Positions 62,301 to 64,000 of a stretch of 64,000 nucleotides of DNA are shown piece after piece; position 1 is the first letter of the stretch, and each line of letters begins with the position of its first letter. The notes below the pieces were generated by a model that had not been told where the DNA came from, did no database searches, and saw only the letters and a program-made list of their open reading frames with translations. The stretch is taken from contig CM022679.1 of assembly GCA_012295275.1 (NCBI GenBank), positions 31,186,001 through 31,250,000 of the forward strand, written 5' to 3'. The position numbers and the translations under genes are program-made. This DNA is from Chrysomallon squamiferum (lineage: Eukaryota; Animalia; Mollusca).

Positions 62301-63898
62301 ATCTTCTTGAACAATTTTCTCAGCTGTGACCCACAGAGAGCAATTTCCATGTTACAGAAATACACAGAGGTTCTGAGGTCAGACTTGAAGACATTTCCTT
62401 TTTTTCTTATTCTTCTTATTATTTTATCTGTCTTACTTTATTGATGTGGTGCTTCGTTTAAAATTTTGTTAAATAACTTTGTGTTATTTATTAAGATGTA
62501 TAAAGTGTTTGTAAATTCATTTATTAATTTATTTTTATTTTTGTAAATCATCTTCATTTACAAATATATGTTCATGTTTACAAACCAAATCCTTCACTTG
62601 ACAGAAAGCAGACATTCTCAGTATTATTATAGCTTTTCACAATTTGTATTAATTTTTTTTTTTTTTTTTTATAAATGATTTTAGATTTATGGTTCAAAGA
62701 ATAATCAGGTTTGCTGTGCTATTTGAAATGTTATTATTTCAGTTTACTTTGAAAATTAGTTTGTTTGTTGTTGTTGTTTTCAACATTTATTCCTTATTAT
62801 TTATCTTTTTATTTTTTCATCTCTATTTAATGACTTTTTGTCCTATTTCAATAGTAAGATGCAAACTAAAACACATTATTGTTTTTACTTTTTACCTTTT
62901 TAAAAATTATTTTCAGTTGCTGTTTACCTTTATGATTTATTCAGTGTTGTTGTCTAAAAAAAATTTAATGTTTTTTAATTAACACAGAAAAGTGTTGAGA
63001 GTTATTAATTGTTGAAATGTATTCAAGATGTAATTAGAGAGCAGTCAGAAAAAGGCATATTTTGATTATAAAATGATTAAGTATTTGAAGTTCAAAAGGT
63101 TTACAAGTACATAATAACTCTAATATTAATTAGTGTTAATTGAATATGTTTCTTTTTTGGTCAGATATTGTATTCATTTACAAAAGTTTTTTATTTTTTT
63201 TAAATTATTATTATTTTTTTTTTTTATATTCTAAATTCAGCAATGTTTCGTTACTGTTTCCTGACCTGTCTGAATTGAAGTCACTATTGGCTGGACTCAC
63301 ACTTCCTGTTCAGAACCAGACTGAGGCTGCTGCAGCAGATGAAGACAGTTCTTCTCTTGGACTAACCATCAAACCAACCAGCCTGTGGACACCAGCTCAA
63401 CTGGAACCATTCCACAAGAAACTGAAAAAGAACACCCCTACTGGTCTGTGTAGCTTTTTCACTCTTGTTATTTCTGAAGATTTATTTTATTGTAGTCATT
63501 ATATGTGTATGTATATGTTTGTATTCATTACCCTTATGTGTAATACTTGTGAGGAAATGCATATTTACATGGTGACTAATATTTGCCATCAATCTTTAAC
63601 TTCAGTTCTTAATACATAGTGTAATTAAAGTTCAAGTGCAATAAAGCATACATAGTTTATTTTTATAATTAAGCAGATATCTTTCTTCCATTTTTCAGAA
63701 AAATCTTTAACCAAATATCTTTGTTACATCTTACACAGGATTTTAAAAAGTAAAGTGAAAAAAGAATTAAACTTTCTAATTGTAAAACACATGGACAAAT
63801 TTTAATTTCTACCATTTTATTTTATAGAAAGCATTCAGGTTTTACAAGAACTTGATGACATTTCACAAAAGAAGGTGGAAATTCTGGAACACTTTGAG
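39872..63898 (+). CDS. INTS1: Integrator complex subunit 1; 42 coding exons in window, 3'-incomplete (continues beyond 64000)
   Basis: Exons join in frame for about 2015 codons. They are colinear with vertebrate INTS1 peptides as I recall them (GDFIALG, IEGxLCGAVK, EDSLGERIW, LEMWLQNPK, ARNPNNM, IQRDAVWWLHTVVP, DNWPPE, LYWKAW, SQSMPWLA, DVLPVQCLCEFLLH, LLLPDWLKLRMIRS, FVQSFGIPVSSMSKLL, DWLExLDPE, IWQGR). Confidence 0.96.
40391..40678 (+). CDS. INTS1: INTS1 exon 2
   Basis: VHAPTGDFIALGKGK...SERKRE; AG/GT bounded. Confidence 0.88.
41060..41256 (+). CDS. INTS1: INTS1 exon 3
   Basis: VEPCEML...IEGILCGAVK...LMYLAK. Confidence 0.92.
41492..41629 (+). CDS. INTS1: INTS1 exon 4
   Basis: AFCSLLKRDPSLNFKAKGN...WPDDFVK. 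Confidence 0.92.
41989..42148 (+). CDS. INTS1: INTS1 exon 5
   Basis: VYVEDSLGERIW...QTAFNT; T|gtgaga. Confidence 0.88.
42640..42757 (+). CDS. INTS1: INTS1 exon 6
   Basis: SSPVLNLFEEED; phases fit flanking exons. Confidence 0.8.
43076..43262 (+). CDS. INTS1: INTS1 exon 7
   Basis: RYPFRQDSIE...LNRRQP...LEMWLQNPK. Confidence 0.9.
43572..43717 (+). CDS. INTS1: INTS1 exon 8
   Basis: LARTAQDLLMSVCMNC. Confidence 0.92.
44179..44320 (+). CDS. INTS1: INTS1 exon 9
   Basis: ELLVQHTDNL...NELSQARNPNNM. Confidence 0.92.
44625..44807 (+). CDS. INTS1: INTS1 exon 10 (probable GC donor; alternative end 44813)
   Basis: MLAEVFQDLSANKDDYLRA...FCLGLMQER...FK; AAG|gcatgg. Confidence 0.85.
45562..45670 (+). CDS. 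INTS1: INTS1 exon 11
   Basis: ERFVMSMTDL...LGIT. Confidence 0.9.
46199..46319 (+). CDS. INTS1: INTS1 exon 12
   Basis: IQRDAVWWLHTVVP. Confidence 0.92.
46916..46993 (+). CDS. INTS1: INTS1 exon 13
   Basis: LHKVLFLEE...DNWPPEGDR. Confidence 0.9.
47402..47559 (+). CDS. INTS1: INTS1 exon 14
   Basis: LRLSAEVPILEDTLMRVLLIGLSRELPL. Confidence 0.92.
47703..47802 (+). CDS. INTS1: INTS1 exon 15
   Basis: MEVLHVERLQLLDALLNLCAYRHPE. Confidence 0.88.
48277..48368 (+). CDS. INTS1: INTS1 exon 16
   Basis: YQPPALAISALYWKAW. Confidence 0.92.
48660..48720 (+). CDS. INTS1: INTS1 exon 17
   Basis: GLAAWEKYPTLKLMMEM. Confidence 0.9.
49263..49338 (+). CDS. INTS1: INTS1 exon 18
   Basis: NFTFPPPTLASDEK. Confidence 0.87.
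49666..49790 (+). CDS. INTS1: INTS1 exon 19
   Basis: ILEFESHLAAATSKVTITESNSLL. Confidence 0.9.
50325..50454 (+). CDS. INTS1: INTS1 exon 20
   Basis: LCRSRSPDFLLDIIQRQ. Confidence 0.92.
50941..51111 (+). CDS. INTS1: INTS1 exon 21
   Basis: GTSQSMPWLAEMVESSEGSLDVLPVQCLCEFLLH. Confidence 0.92.
51334..51483 (+). CDS. INTS1: INTS1 exon 22
   Basis: KQRQLLGRLQ...EVLDYFLKRL. Confidence 0.9.
51950..52123 (+). CDS. INTS1: INTS1 exon 23
   Basis: GLSMVL...WLLEHLPSLPLF. Confidence 0.88.
52235..52645 (+). repeat. Degenerate ~30 bp minisatellite in INTS1 intron 23
   Basis: Repeated tgttttaaagtaaatttgaagtatttaact-like unit, roughly 13 copies. Confidence 0.8.
52659..52763 (+). CDS. INTS1: INTS1 exon 24
   Basis: ACQIETEPSLVSAYVIFLSRH. 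Confidence 0.88.
52973..53146 (+). CDS. INTS1: INTS1 exon 25
   Basis: DIAQLIVERTSVVNHIL...YSW. Confidence 0.88.
53497..53608 (+). CDS. INTS1: INTS1 exon 26
   Basis: QWESGESATMHILVVHAMIILLTYGPP. Confidence 0.92.
54388..54546 (+). CDS. INTS1: INTS1 exon 27
   Basis: DTSEEALLLPDWLKLRMIRS. Confidence 0.92.
54932..55180 (+). CDS. INTS1: INTS1 exon 28
   Basis: LEPSQLLVFVQSFGIPVSSMSKLL. Confidence 0.9.
55611..55729 (+). CDS. INTS1: INTS1 exon 29 (poorly conserved region)
   Basis: tttttag|...open frame...GAT|gtaagt; phases fit. Confidence 0.75.
56333..56395 (+). CDS. INTS1: INTS1 exon 30
   Basis: IFMTPGIASPSLNKTFQNLLK; AG/GT, phase 0. Confidence 0.75.
56662..56811 (+). CDS. INTS1: INTS1 exon 31
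   Basis: AVSGESNKAQEVLSALQQIF...SCPLLKLFTAKQ. Confidence 0.8.
56784..57312 (+). repeat. 71 bp minisatellite, about 7.5 copies, spanning the INTS1 exon 31 donor
   Basis: Unit ctcttcaaattcttta(c/t)agccaaacaggt(g/a)tgtatttatttatatacccatctatatttctgtattataac; CAG|GT at 56811, 56882, 56953, 57024, 57095, 57166, 57237. Confidence 0.95.
57682..57886 (+). CDS. INTS1: INTS1 exon 32
   Basis: PSLHGQLKPLMDKLE; phases fit. Confidence 0.75.
58316..58445 (+). CDS. INTS1: INTS1 exon 33
   Basis: ALQTVDESNLESLVQQ; AG|gtatgt. Confidence 0.78.
58698..58946 (+). CDS. INTS1: INTS1 exon 34
   Basis: DWLELLDPE...PYLLALLTHQSNWTTLHRCI. Confidence 0.92.
59307..59391 (+). CDS. INTS1: INTS1 exon 35
   Basis: YDPTAVLDFLWACLHIPKIWQGRE. 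Confidence 0.92.
59912..60147 (+). CDS. INTS1: INTS1 exon 36
   Basis: EDLFDL...FIIEEA...RLDLLLLC. Confidence 0.83.
60479..60608 (+). CDS. INTS1: INTS1 exon 37
   Basis: LFLELYLHRPY. Confidence 0.83.
61169..61302 (+). CDS. INTS1: INTS1 exon 38
   Basis: DTITHRIITAL...DANLTCRKLAAEHPSLLL. Confidence 0.9.
61688..61877 (+). CDS. INTS1: INTS1 exon 39
   Basis: QLPMLAAILQGKT...LGLLELLQPHIF. Confidence 0.9.
62250..62377 (+). CDS. INTS1: INTS1 exon 40
   Basis: LIVKFVIFL...AISMLQK. Confidence 0.85.
63241..63443 (+). CDS. INTS1: INTS1 exon 41
   Basis: DLSELKSLLAGLTLP. Confidence 0.85.
63828..63898 (+). CDS. INTS1: INTS1 exon 42 (last in window)
   Basis: VLQELDDISQKKVEILEHFE|gtaaat. Confidence 0.85.
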
Positions 63899-64000
63899 GT
63901 AAATTTAATTAATAGTTTAAATATATATGTTTGTATTTTACAAGAAACAGTTTGTTTATTTTTAGATATCAGTTTCTTGTAGAATTGAAGTGCAACAAAA

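Overview
AT-rich, microsatellite-saturated, intron-rich animal genomic DNA. The repeat landscape and gene style suggest a mollusc, plausibly an octopod cephalopod; this is inference only. Two spliced + strand genes can be reconstructed by eye. (1) A 3-coding-exon class A neuropeptide GPCR of the SIFamide/NPFF-receptor type (14643-14913, 33724-33823, 34109-34835; 365 aa) with an 18.8 kb first intron. (2) Integrator complex subunit 1 (INTS1), with 42 phase-consistent coding exons from 39872 to 63898 (about 2015 codons), running off the right edge. The GPCR intron carries a 1.08 kb internally deleted hAT (Charlie/SPIN-like) transposon with TIRs and an 8 bp TSD. Most short ORFs in the supplied track are microsatellite artefacts. 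No prokaryote-type systems (CRISPR, operons) are present, and I see no clear new multi-gene system. The best leads are RNA-level: an in-frame duplicated C-terminal tail plus hairpin directly behind the GPCR stop codon, a 71 bp minisatellite in INTS1 that multiplies an acceptor/8-nt/donor splice cassette, a probable GC-AG intron, a pre-miRNA-sized hairpin, inverted microsatellite pairs able to form dsRNA, and CTCF/ETS motif clusters.
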